A stretch of DNA of 64,000 nt from an uncultured Candidatus Saccharibacteria bacterium (lineage in GTDB: Bacteria; Patescibacteriota; Minisyncoccia; Minisyncoccales; PEYH01). The notes below the pieces were generated by a model that saw nothing but the letters and a program-made list of their open reading frames with translations, was not told the origin of the DNA and made no database searches. Of the stretch, positions 47,769 to 56,843 are shown in pieces (the first letter of the stretch is position 1; each line of letters starts with the position of its first letter). The stretch covers positions 4,553 through 68,552 of the forward strand of contig CAZTRD010000002.1 of the NCBI GenBank assembly GCA_964616145.1. The letters run 5' to 3'. The translations under genes were made by a program, and so were the position numbers.

Positions 47769-47839
47769 CTGCGGGGCTAGGATTCGGACCTAGATTAATT
47801 GGTTCAGAGCCAATCGTGCTACCATTACACTACCCCGCA
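47769..47839 (-). tRNA. tRNA-Gln(CTG)
   Basis: Cloverleaf TGCGGGG...ATTGG-CT-CTG-AA-CCAAT...CCCCGCAG; CCA not encoded. Confidence 0.93.
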
Positions 47840-47844
47840 ATTAC

Positions 47845-48753
47845 TTACACTCTTAAATACTTTCTAATGGCAATGATGCTGGAAATGACGCTCAAACCAA
47901 TACTAACAGATATTTGCAAAAAGAAAAGCAGAATAGCATTTGAAGAAAACCAGCCAAAAGAATTAAATCCTCCTGTTACTGTCATAATCTTGGGAGCTCC
48001 GAAATAGCTGATAACAAAGAATACAAAGAAACAGATCAAAGACGCTATCAAGCCGCACAAAGCGGCTTGTACGATAAAAGGACCCTGTACATACCAATTG
48101 GAAGCTCCAACCAGCTTCATTACTCCTATCTCTTCCGCATTGTCTTTTATCGCAGTCCTTATCGTATTAAAAGCTATTAAAACAGAAATCAAGCCCAAAA
48201 TTAAGACTGAAAGAATGCCAAAAAGATTAATATTTGAAGCCAAAGAAAATACTTTTTCTATCACCGCCTTTTTCTCCAGATAATCTACTCTGTAAACGAT
48301 ATCTTTAAAGATATCTCTTTCTAATAATCCGATTACGGTAGCATATTGCCCGGAGCTCTTGGCTCTGACATTAAAAGAGGGGTAAAAAGGATTTGATCCG
48401 ACTACTTCTAATGATTGTAAGATAATAGTATCGTTTTCATGCCTTTTCTTGAAATCCTCTAGGGCCTCTTCTGCCGTGATATATTCTACGCTTTTAACTT
48501 CTTCTAAAGTCATCAATTGGGTTTTAATCTCTTCTGATTTTTCCAAACTCAATTCCTCTTGCAGATATATGCTCATATCTACCTTTTTTTCAATCTCTGA
48601 AACTACATGGTTTAAAGAACTCTTTAATAGAAACAAAGAAGTTAAAATCACAATGGCGATAAAAAGAATGAATATGGTTGCTAGATTTAATGATTTTTGC
48701 CTTCTGAAGTTGAGCGTTCCTAATTTTAAGATTCTTTTTAATGGTGTAAACAT
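47845..48753 (-). CDS. ftsX: Cell division permease FtsX
   Basis: Four TMs, NTIR.AI....EI.VMKLVGA..W....PF; follows ftsE. Confidence 0.9.
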   Translation of the reverse strand: MFTPLKRILKLGTLNFRRQKSLNLATIFILFIAIVILTSLFLLKSSLNHVVSEIEKKVDMSIYLQEELSLEKSEEIKTQLMTLEEVKSVEYITAEEALEDFKKRHENDTIILQSLEVVGSNPFYPSFNVRAKSSGQYATVIGLLERDIFKDIVYRVDYLEKKAVIEKVFSLASNINLFGILSVLILGLISVLIAFNTIRTAIKDNAEEIGVMKLVGASNWYVQGPFIVQAALCGLIASLICFFVFFVISYFGAPKIMTVTGGFNSFGWFSSNAILLFFLQISVSIGLSVISSIIAIRKYLRV

Positions 48754-48758
48754 ATTTT

Positions 48759-49439
48759 TTAAAAAATTAAACTGCCTTCTTCCTGATCTCTGATTAATTT
48801 GCCCGCATCTAAAGAAATTACTCTTTCCTTCAAGCTATCAATAACTGCTTTGTTATGAGTAGAAAGGATAACAGTAGTCCCAAAGCTGTTAATCTTGGAA
48901 AACAATTCAATTATATCTTTGGTATGATATGGGTCCAGATTACCAGTTGGCTCATCTGCCACTATTACTCTTGGCCTAGTAGCCAAAGCTCTAGCTATGG
49001 CTACTCTCTGTTTTTCTCCCCCGGATAATTCTTTTGGGAAGTTCTGGGCTCTTTCAGTTAGACCAACCAAATCTAAAAGATTTGGAATGTCTTTTGATAT
49101 TTCTTCTGGATCAGCCCCCACAACCTCCATGGCATAGGCAATGTTTTCGTAAACATTCTTGCTCTGCAATAATTTGTAATCCTGGAATACCACTCCTATC
49201 TGCTGGCGATATTCGGCAATATCATGATCAGGTATCAAAGAAATATCTTTCCCGTCAAAAAATATCTTCCCCGATGTCGGTTTCTCTTCTAAAAGCAGTA
49301 AACGTATTAAAGTAGTCTTCCCAGAGCCGGACCTTCCCACGACAGAAACAAAATCCCCTTCTTTTACCTCAAAGCTAACATTATCCAGAGCGGTAATATG
49401 GGAAGAATACTTTTTAGTAATATTCTCAAATTTAATCAT
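48759..49439 (-). CDS. ftsE: Cell division ATP-binding protein FtsE
   Basis: GRSGSGKTT, VFQDYKLL, LSGGEKQRVAIARA, ADEPTGNLD. Confidence 0.92.
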   Translation of the reverse strand: MIKFENITKKYSSHITALDNVSFEVKEGDFVSVVGRSGSGKTTLIRLLLLEEKPTSGKIFFDGKDISLIPDHDIAEYRQQIGVVFQDYKLLQSKNVYENIAYAMEVVGADPEEISKDIPNLLDLVGLTERAQNFPKELSGGEKQRVAIARALATRPRVIVADEPTGNLDPYHTKDIIELFSKINSFGTTVILSTHNKAVIDSLKERVISLDAGKLIRDQEEGSLIF

Positions 49440-49448
49440 ACCTATATT

Positions 49449-50550
49449 TTACCTTAATTTCACTTCCGCTTCTATAAACAAATCAAGATTGCCTTCTAAG
49501 ACGTCTTCCGGGTCTTTGGATTCCACTTCTGTTCTGTAATCTTTAACTAATTTATAAGGATGGATAATATATGAACGAATCTGATTCCCCCACTCCGGAG
49601 AAACTCTTTTTCCTCTTATATCTCGTATCTTTTTTTCTTCTTCCAGCTGTTTTTTCTGAAAAATCTTGGCTAAAAGAATTTCTATGGCTTTTTCTTTATT
49701 CAAAGACAATGATCTTTCGCTCTGGCAAGTTACAGTAATATTGGTTGGAATATGAACAATTCTTATAGCGGTTTCTCTTTTATTTACATACTGGCCTCCT
49801 GGCCCGGATGCTCTGTACGTATCTATCTTCATCTCATCTGGCTTTAAATCAATCGATTTTAACTGGGTTTTTGGCAAAATAGGGGTTATCTCAATAGAAG
49901 CAAAAGAAGTATGCCTTAATTGCTGAGCGGAAAAAGGAGAAATGCGGACTAAACGATGCACCCCTTGTTCCCTTTTCAAGAATCCGTAAGTAAATTTCCC
50001 TGAAATTTCTAAGACAGCTTCTTTAATTCCGGTTTTTCCATCGGAACTTGCTTCTCCAAAATCCTGATCAATTATTTTACTCTTCCAGCCCTTCTTTTGA
50101 ACGTATCTTTGATACATTCTCAAGAGCATTCCTGCCCAATCTTGGGCATCTCTTCCTCCTGCTCCAGAATTAATCTCTAAAATTGCATCTGATTTGTCAT
50201 ATGGCCCAGAAAGAAAGAGAATTTTTTCTTCTTGGGAAATCTTTTTTTGCAAATCATTGAATTTATCCTCTAATTCCTGATAGAAAGCAAAATCCTGATT
50301 CGTCAGCTTATGCAATTCAATATAGTCAGAAATTTCTTTTTCCAATAATTCTATCTTCTTGATAGTTTCTTCCAATTCAAAGAATTTCTTTGATAATTCC
50401 GTCTGTAATTTTAAATCCTCCCAGGTCCTACCTGATTCTAAATCCTTTTTTAATTCTTGGCTTTCAATTTTCTTGCTGGCAATGTCAAAGACAGTCAATT
50501 AATTTTTGAAAGCGTTCCTTAAGTTCCTGTATTTTAGCTGTATCTGGCAT
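49449..50550 (-). CDS. prfB: Peptide chain release factor 2 (programmed +1 frameshift)
   Basis: SPF and GGQ motifs; ATG at 50550 reads MPDTAKIQELKERFQKLIDCL into CTT-TGA-C at 50490-50484. Confidence 0.95.
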
Positions 50551-50551
50551 A

Positions 50552-50621
50552 TTGACAATATTTTTAAAGGATATATAATTAAAATACTAGACGTGAGGCG
50601 AATTCTATACGAGTTCGCCTC
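50552..50621 (+). promoter_or_regulatory. Consensus promoter plus hairpin convergent on the NYN gene
   Basis: TTGACA-16-TATAAT then GAGGCGAATT...GAGTTCGCCTC. Confidence 0.5.
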
Positions 50622-50631
50622 TTGATTTCTG

Positions 50632-51252
50632 TTACTCCATTTCTAGTATATATTTTAAATATTCAAAATCTCTGAAATTAGAACCAGCGAATTGACGAAT
50701 TTCCTTTGCAGTTCTCTCACTCCTGGCTAAAATAACAACTTCTTTTTTTAATTCTTTTAAATGTTTTAATATCGGCAGGAAATCACCGTCGCCAGATAAG
50801 ATAATAACTCTATCAAATTTATCTTTTTGTTGCATCAGATGAAAAGCCATATCGACATCGCAATTAGCTTTTCTTTTGATCATATCTTCTTGATGATATC
50901 TTTTAACCGGTTTAAGATGTAATTCGTAGCCGAATTGTTTAATCTTGATATAAAACTTTATTCTACTAATATGACGGCTTAAAAGAGTAAGCAATGCTTC
51001 GTCTAAATTTTTATCTTCGTCCTCAATTTTTTTTAATAAGAACTCATATACATCTAGCAGAGGCACCGTTTCATTATCTAAATAATCATACTGAAAATCG
51101 TAAATCTCTACGCCTCCAAAATACAAAAATTTAGAAGCATTATATTTGTCTTTTAAATAATTTAAAAGTTTCTGATAGTCTATTTTCCACCCTAAGCTTT
51201 TTTCACCACCATAAAATAAATTTGATGCGTCTATAAATACAAACGTTTTCAT
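50632..51252 (-). CDS. NYN/LabA (DUF88) domain PIN-fold protein
   Basis: FIDASNL, KANCDVDM, LSGDGDF; start at MKTFVF (track start lies inside tRNA-Thr). Confidence 0.88.
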   Translation of the reverse strand: MKTFVFIDASNLFYGGEKSLGWKIDYQKLLNYLKDKYNASKFLYFGGVEIYDFQYDYLDNETVPLLDVYEFLLKKIEDEDKNLDEALLTLLSRHISRIKFYIKIKQFGYELHLKPVKRYHQEDMIKRKANCDVDMAFHLMQQKDKFDRVIILSGDGDFLPILKHLKELKKEVVILARSERTAKEIRQFAGSNFRDFEYLKYILEME

Positions 51253-51267
51253 AAGATTAGAAGTCCG

Positions 51268-51339
51268 AGCCGATGGTCGGACTTGAACCGACAACCTATC
51301 GCTTACGAAGCGATTGCTCTGCCATTGAGCTACATCGGC
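51268..51339 (-). tRNA. tRNA-Thr(CGT)
   Basis: GCCGATG...ATCGC-TT-CGT-AA-GCGAT...GGTTCAAGTCC...CATCGGCT. Confidence 0.95.
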
Positions 51340-51590
51340 AGATTATTGCCTTTATTATATCTAAAACAGAGGGTTTTGCAATAAAGAAGACGTTTGAGCG
51401 GGTTAGTGGATGACATTAGAACCTGTTGGGAGGATATGGAAAAAAGTTTTTTAGTTCCAAATTATTTTTATAACAATTGAAAAAGCCCTTTTGTGAGAGG
51501 GGCCAGCTCTGTGCTAGGCGGTGCTTGCGATCTCTTCATTAGAGACCTCCCTTCCCGAGTTTACGCAACCTCGGGTCAAAGTACATCGGC

Positions 51591-51710
51591 TTAATCATCT
51601 TCCGTTGATCTGCCCGTTTCTCTCTGGAATCTCAGCGCAAGAAAAGCGATAAGACTCCCGAGCAACATTCCAGCCAGCAGAAGTAGCTCGATTCGCACAT
51701 AGTCCGACAC
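51591..51710 (-). CDS. Small membrane peptide (39 aa)
   Basis: GGAGGT SD + GTG; MSDYVRIELLLLAGMLLGSLIAFLALRFQRETGRSTEDD. Confidence 0.5.
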   Translation of the reverse strand: MSDYVRIELLLLAGMLLGSLIAFLALRFQRETGRSTEDD

Positions 51711-51723
51711 TCGGACCACCTCC

Positions 51724-51984
51724 TTACCTGCTATCGATGTAATCCGGGAGACCAAGTCTTTTTCTTAATCTCTCGGCCCTTCCAGAGTTCCTCTTCCCGA
51801 CGTAGAAGATGATCGGATCTGGGCCACCAATTGCATGATTGATCCCGGCCTTCGTGAGGGCTCTATTGAACACCTCCCCATGCCTATAGGTGGCCTGACG
51901 ATCAAAACCATCGTTGCGCCAAACCACAAGCGCAGTCGGATGACAGAACGTCTTCTTCCAAACTATTCTGGTCTGGTCTATCAT
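51724..51984 (-). CDS. Hypothetical protein, GC-rich ORFan
   Basis: GAGGAG SD; 86 aa. Confidence 0.55.
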   Translation of the reverse strand: MIDQTRIVWKKTFCHPTALVVWRNDGFDRQATYRHGEVFNRALTKAGINHAIGGPDPIIFYVGKRNSGRAERLRKRLGLPDYIDSR

Positions 51985-52317
51985 TCCGGTCTCCTCTCTG
52001 CCGTAGCAGATCTTTTCTTAATTTTGATCCTAATCTTTTTTATCTATTAGTCAACCCCTTTACTTCCCTCTTTCTTAAATACAACAAACTCTTTATAGAA
52101 ACAAAAAATCGCTATTCCAGCGACTTGACTTTACCCTGAGCGGGTTAGTGGATGACATTAGAACCTGTTTTGAGGATAAAGAAGAAGGGTTTTTGATTCC
52201 GAACTTCTAAAATAATCTTTGCAAAAAGGAAAACGCCCAGATGAAGCAGCGTTTCCCAACGATGTCCAACCGGGCGAGAACGAGCTACTGTCCGTTCGAC
52301 TTGGTCTGACAGAATGG

Positions 52318-52521
52318 TTAGATCATTTCTTTCGGCGGGGCACTTCTCTCCCACCTCTTGAGCTGGTCTTCCATCTCGAAGTAGCGCCTGACCAAATCTA
52401 CTCGAACCGTCAACCCAACCAATGCCGCCTCCGTGGCGCCATCCCATTCTCCGAGAGTGATCTCATCGTTCGGATCGAATCCATTCTCTCGGAGCCATTT
52501 CTGAAACTGCTCTAGACTCAT
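52318..52521 (-). CDS. Small protein with peptidoglycan-binding-domain-like motif
   Basis: GGAGGTGA SD; Q.WL...GF.......G.W...TEAAL. Confidence 0.55.
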   Translation of the reverse strand: MSLEQFQKWLRENGFDPNDEITLGEWDGATEAALVGLTVRVDLVRRYFEMEDQLKRWERSAPPKEMI

Positions 52522-52789
52522 TTGGTCACCTCCACATACTTTCTACAATAGTATTTTTAATATTGCAATACTTTACTTCTCGCAATCTAAAACTCGATTT
52601 ATCCTCTCCCTAAACAAAAATCGCTTTCCAGCGACTTGACTTTAACCCTGAGCGGGCTAGTGGATGACATTAGAACCTATTGGGAGGATAGTTATAATTG
52701 TTTATTAGTACCGGACTACCCTTTTAACTGATTGCCCTATCGTACTATTTATTATATATTTTTTATAGAAAAGCATTCGAAATTCTATG

Positions 52790-53731
52790 TTATCTTTTCC
52801 TTTCACGATTCTTCAGATATCTATTAAGAGCTTCTTTAGAAGAAACCCAAATCCTACCTTCTTTATGGGCCTCTAGTTTTCCGGCTCTGGCTAACAGGTT
52901 AAGATACTTAGAAGAAAAGCCCGTACTCTTGCTAAGAATTGACAATGGAATAGATTTCTCTTTAGATTGGCTGGAAGGAGTTAATGTTTCAAGATATATA
53001 TCAAGAGATCTTTCCACTGATTGAGCGATAAATTGAATAAATGATTCTGGGTTTTGTTTATCTGCCTTTGATAGCGCTTCATAATATTTCTTTCTGTCAT
53101 TCTTTAAGACAATAGATAATGGATAACCGGCTTGTAAAAGGATAACATTCATCATTAGCCTAGCAGTCCTACCATTACCATCAAAAAATGGGTGAATCGC
53201 AACTATCTTATAATGTACCATAGCTGCTAATTCCACAGGATCAAGTTTATTTCTATTCTTGCCAATCCAAGATACTAAATCCGCCATTAATATTGGAACA
53301 TTAATGGCCTCTGGTGGTTTATAATCAGTACCACCAATAAACACTGAACTGTTTCTATATTTTCCAGCCCATTCTTTATCAACATCCTGAACAACAAGTT
53401 GATGTAATGATCTTATTAATCTTTCTGATATTGTGTTTCTTTTATCATGGGCGATCAATTCATATAAATAATCTAAGGCTTCTTTATGGTTTTTTGCCTC
53501 TAGGTGATCTTTTAATGGTTTCCCCTTTATCGTAATCCCCTCATTTATGACCAGATAGGTTTCTTTTAGAGTTAAACTGTTTCCTTCTATGGCATTAGAA
53601 TTATATGTCATTTCTACCTCAAATCTCTCTTTTATCTTTTGTAGAGCTGTTTTTGGTAAGGGCCTATATGAATTAAGCTTATGCAACTTTTTTTCTAACC
53701 TCTCTTTTATTTTTTTATCTAAATAGATCAT
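52790..53731 (-). CDS. Fic family protein with C-terminal HTH
   Basis: HPFFDGNGRTAR; N-terminal SNAIEGN autoinhibitory motif. Confidence 0.92.
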   Translation of the reverse strand: MIYLDKKIKERLEKKLHKLNSYRPLPKTALQKIKERFEVEMTYNSNAIEGNSLTLKETYLVINEGITIKGKPLKDHLEAKNHKEALDYLYELIAHDKRNTISERLIRSLHQLVVQDVDKEWAGKYRNSSVFIGGTDYKPPEAINVPILMADLVSWIGKNRNKLDPVELAAMVHYKIVAIHPFFDGNGRTARLMMNVILLQAGYPLSIVLKNDRKKYYEALSKADKQNPESFIQFIAQSVERSLDIYLETLTPSSQSKEKSIPLSILSKSTGFSSKYLNLLARAGKLEAHKEGRIWVSSKEALNRYLKNRERKR

Positions 53732-53935
53732 ATAATCTTAATATGGTTTAACTATATTTATAGTATATACCATATTAAGGAAAATGGATAGAGTGGATGA
53801 TATTAGAAACTGTTTTGAAGAAAATAAAGTTGAGTTTTTAATTCCGAGTTTCTAAAATTCTGATTATTAAATGAGAAACGCCCAAACAAGAGAGCGTTCC
53901 TCGATAGAGATGCTTCTTGCTGGGCGGAGAACGTG

Positions 53936-54289
53936 CTAAACAACGAGCTCATCCTTCTTGATGGTTCCGTGTCCTATGATCTCGAATTGAAGCTGATCGA
54001 TGTGGGGACACGGATCGGTCGAAGAAGGATCGCAGGAGAAACAGACGGCTCCGAACTCCGCAACTTGAATCCGTTCGGATGACCCGAGAGAAACCTTCAG
54101 CTTCTCTACCTCGGCCAACACCTGGCCTTCTGATATCCGCTCCTTCTTCAACTCTGGCCCCTTGATCGTTCTTTCGCCAACTTTGATCTCGGAAACCAAT
54201 GCCCACTCTGGCGTCAACCTTTCTTGTTTGAGCCACTCCCCAGAAGCCACGTACAGACTGTACAGACGAATCTTCCTTCCATCGGGCAT
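53936..54289 (-). CDS. Hypothetical protein, GC-rich ORFan (CxxC...CxH)
   Basis: AAGGAGGT SD; own TTGACT promoter. Confidence 0.55.
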   Translation of the reverse strand: MPDGRKIRLYSLYVASGEWLKQERLTPEWALVSEIKVGERTIKGPELKKERISEGQVLAEVEKLKVSLGSSERIQVAEFGAVCFSCDPSSTDPCPHIDQLQFEIIGHGTIKKDELVV

Positions 54290-54419
54290 AAGGACAACCT
54301 CCTTCTAAATATACTTTAATTATTTTAACCGAAAAGTCAACCTCTTTACTTTCCTTATTCCTAAATCCAATAAACCCTTATTAGAAACAAAAAATCGCTC
54401 TTCCAGCGACTTGACTTTG

Positions 54420-54490
54420 AGCGGGTGAGCGGAATCGAACCGCCACATTCTCCTTGGGAAGGAGACGCTCTGCCACTAAGCCACACCCGC
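54420..54490 (-). tRNA. tRNA-Gly(CCC)
   Basis: GCGGGTG...TCTCC-TT-CCC-AA-GGAGA...GGTTCGATTCC...CACCCGCT. Confidence 0.95.
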
Positions 54491-54494
54491 AGAA

Positions 54495-54896
54495 TTATCG
54501 GCCGAATAGGCTGCCAAAGAAATCTTTTAATGTGTCCAGAAAACTTGCTTTAGCATTTACAACAGTTTCTTCTTCCAGTTGCTCATTGCCAAGAATTACT
54601 ACCACCTCCTCCCCCGCCTTTTTATACAATCCTTCTTCTCTCATAATATTCTCTGCATATTCTTGCTGAGATGCTTCATAGAAAATCTTGTTCAATTCTG
54701 CATTCTTTTCCGCCAATTTAGTGACTTCTGTGTTTAAATCAACTAGTTGGGCTTGCATGTCCTGTTTCTTTAAAAACAACCTTACATTTCCAACTATCAA
54801 GAAAAGAATTATGGAAACATTAACGCAGACAATCAAAGCAATGGATATTATTGAATCCCAGTCATGATTTTCTTTTTTTCTTTTTTTTGTTATCAT
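54495..54896 (-). CDS. Septum formation initiator (FtsB/DivIC family)
   Basis: TM + coiled coil + Y.E...RE....KK.GE.V. Confidence 0.75.
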   Translation of the reverse strand: MITKKRKKENHDWDSIISIALIVCVNVSIILFLIVGNVRLFLKKQDMQAQLVDLNTEVTKLAEKNAELNKIFYEASQQEYAENIMREEGLYKKAGEEVVVILGNEQLEEETVVNAKASFLDTLKDFFGSLFGR

Positions 54897-54911
54897 ATTG
54901 GTATGAAGCAA

Positions 54912-55010
54912 ATGAAATCAAAAGATGTTGTAAGAATTGTTTGGATAGTAATAGTAATCTTAGTGGTAATTTCTATGATAGTCCTGACAATCTCTCCTCT
55001 ATTTAGATAA
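54912..55010 (+). CDS. Small membrane peptide (32 aa)
   Basis: MKSKDVVRIVWIVIVILVVISMIVLTISPLFR. Confidence 0.45.
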   Translation: MKSKDVVRIVWIVIVILVVISMIVLTISPLFR

Positions 55011-55055
55011 TATCCCGGTTATCATTTAAAATCAACTGTCAATAATTAACAGATT

Positions 55056-56843
55056 TTAATCTGTTTTTATTATCTCCCAAAATGTCTCTGGGGGAATAGA
55101 AATCTGCCCTCTTTCTTTTAATTTCTTCTTCCCCTTCTTTTGCTTTTCCAAAAGCTTTCTTTTCCTGGTATAGTCACCTCCATATAGAGGAGCTGTAACA
55201 TCTTTTCTTTTGGCTCTGATCGTTCTCCTGACAATTATCCTTCCATCACATTGAATTTGAATAGGTAATTCAAATAACTGAGCTGGAAGAACTTTTTCCA
55301 GTTTCTCAGCCATTTTTTTAGATTCCCGCATGGATAGATTCCTTGGAACTATTTTTGAGATGGTCTCTTCCACTTTTCCGAGAATCAATATCTCTAATTT
55401 CACCAGATCTGATTTCTGCCAGCCAATGATTCTGTAATCCATTGAAGCATATCCCTGGCTTACGCTTTTTAATCTGTCGTAAAAACCGATGATTATCTCT
55501 CTTAAAGGCATTCTGGCTTGGATAATCAATCTTTCAGGGCTTAAAACATTGGTAGTGGATTCTCTTCCTGTGATTAATTTCAATATCTGATTTAAAAACA
55601 TTGTAGGGGTGATGATCTTTAAATCAACATACTGTTCATATATTTCCTGTATTTCGGAATAGTGGGGCCAATCCTTGGAACTGTATATTATTTCCTCCTG
55701 ATTATTCTTCCTCATTATCTTATACGATACTGAAGGAGAAGAAATTATTAAATCCAGATTAAATTCTCTTTTTAATCTTTCCGTAGTTATCTCTGCATGC
55801 AAAAGCCCCAAAAACCCGCATCTAAAACCTTTTCCTAAAACAGATTTTGATTCCGGCTCAAAAGACAAGGAAGAATCATTCAATTTCAAGCGCAATAGAG
55901 AATCCCTTAAAGTATCCCAATCCTTGGCATCTCTTGGGAAAATACTGGTAAAAACAACTTGCTGGGCCTCCCTGTATCCGGGTAAAGGTTCTACTTTGTT
56001 ATCCGGATCATAGTTAGTTATCGTTTCTCCTATTCTTACTAAACTGGGGTCTTTAATTCCCAAAGCTACATATCCTATCTCCCCGTCTTCAAGTTTTTGT
56101 TTGGCTACTAATTTAGGAGAAAACCAACCAACTTCTTTGGCTTTGACTCTCATGTTCTGCCTTATCAAAAACAAATCATCTTGAATTTTAATTTCTCCCT
56201 GGAATATCCTCACATATGCGATAACTCCTAAAAAAGAATCATATTTGGAATCAAAAATCAAAGCTTTTAATATTTCTGATCCTTCCTTTTTAGGAGGAGG
56301 AATTCTTTTGATCACTTCTTGGATGATTAATGGTACATTTTGTCCTGTTTTGGCTGAAATTTTTAAAATATCATTGTCATCAACAGGCAAAATTTCTTTG
56401 ATTTCTTCTATTGCTTCATCTACTCTTGCCTGAGGCATGTCAATCTTATTCACCACCGGGATTATCTTCAAATCTTCCTTTTCAGCCAACTCCAGATTAG
56501 CCAATGTCTGGGCCTGCACTCCTGTAGCCGCATCTATCAAAAGAATGGCTCCTTCTACAGCAGCCAAGCTCCTTGATACTTCATATGAAAAGTCAACATG
56601 TCCCGGAGTATCAATTAGGTTAAGGATGTATTCTTCTTTTGAATCATCAATGTAATGCATCCTTACAGGATGCATTTTGATGGTAATCCCCTTCTCATAT
56701 TCCAAATCCATTGAATCCAAAAACTGGGGCCTTAATTTTGCCTTTTCTATTGTATGAGTTAATTCCAAAAGCCGATCTGCTAATGTAGATTTTCCATGAT
56801 CAATATGGGCTATAATGCTGAAATTCCTAATTCTTTTTTCCAT
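55056..56843 (-). CDS. lepA: Elongation factor 4
   Basis: IRNFSIIAHIDHGKSTLADR, DTPGHVDF, GFRCGFLGLLH, RKDV...YGGD.TRK.KLLEKQK. Confidence 0.96.
   Translation of the reverse strand: MEKRIRNFSIIAHIDHGKSTLADRLLELTHTIEKAKLRPQFLDSMDLEYEKGITIKMHPVRMHYIDDSKEEYILNLIDTPGHVDFSYEVSRSLAAVEGAILLIDAATGVQAQTLANLELAEKEDLKIIPVVNKIDMPQARVDEAIEEIKEILPVDDNDILKISAKTGQNVPLIIQEVIKRIPPPKKEGSEILKALIFDSKYDSFLGVIAYVRIFQGEIKIQDDLFLIRQNMRVKAKEVGWFSPKLVAKQKLEDGEIGYVALGIKDPSLVRIGETITNYDPDNKVEPLPGYREAQQVVFTSIFPRDAKDWDTLRDSLLRLKLNDSSLSFEPESKSVLGKGFRCGFLGLLHAEITTERLKREFNLDLIISSPSVSYKIMRKNNQEEIIYSSKDWPHYSEIQEIYEQYVDLKIITPTMFLNQILKLITGRESTTNVLSPERLIIQARMPLREIIIGFYDRLKSVSQGYASMDYRIIGWQKSDLVKLEILILGKVEETISKIVPRNLSMRESKKMAEKLEKVLPAQLFELPIQIQCDGRIIVRRTIRAKRKDVTAPLYGGDYTRKRKLLEKQKKGKKKLKERGQISIPPETFWEIIKTD

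Larger units (their letters stand above)
51395..54419. repeat. Tandem array of four cassettes delimited by tRNA-Gly 3'-end-like repeats (51395, 52137, 52649, partial 53792)
   Basis: TGAGCGGG(T/C)TAGTGGATGACATTAGAACCT repeats; AAAAAATCGCT..CCAGCGACTTGACTTT precedes 52137, 52649 and the tRNA. Confidence 0.85.

Noticed and set aside
51253-51294. Track start of the NYN ORF (MSVQVRPS)
   Set aside because: Falls inside tRNA-Thr; ATG at 51252 fits the family N-terminus
52145-52515. Track ORFs 52145-52447(-) and 52219-52515(+)
   Set aside because: They overlap the SD-led 52318-52521 ORF and repeat scaffold; no start signals
51395-54419. CRISPR array
   Set aside because: Repeats are 500-1150 bp apart with genes between them; no cas operon
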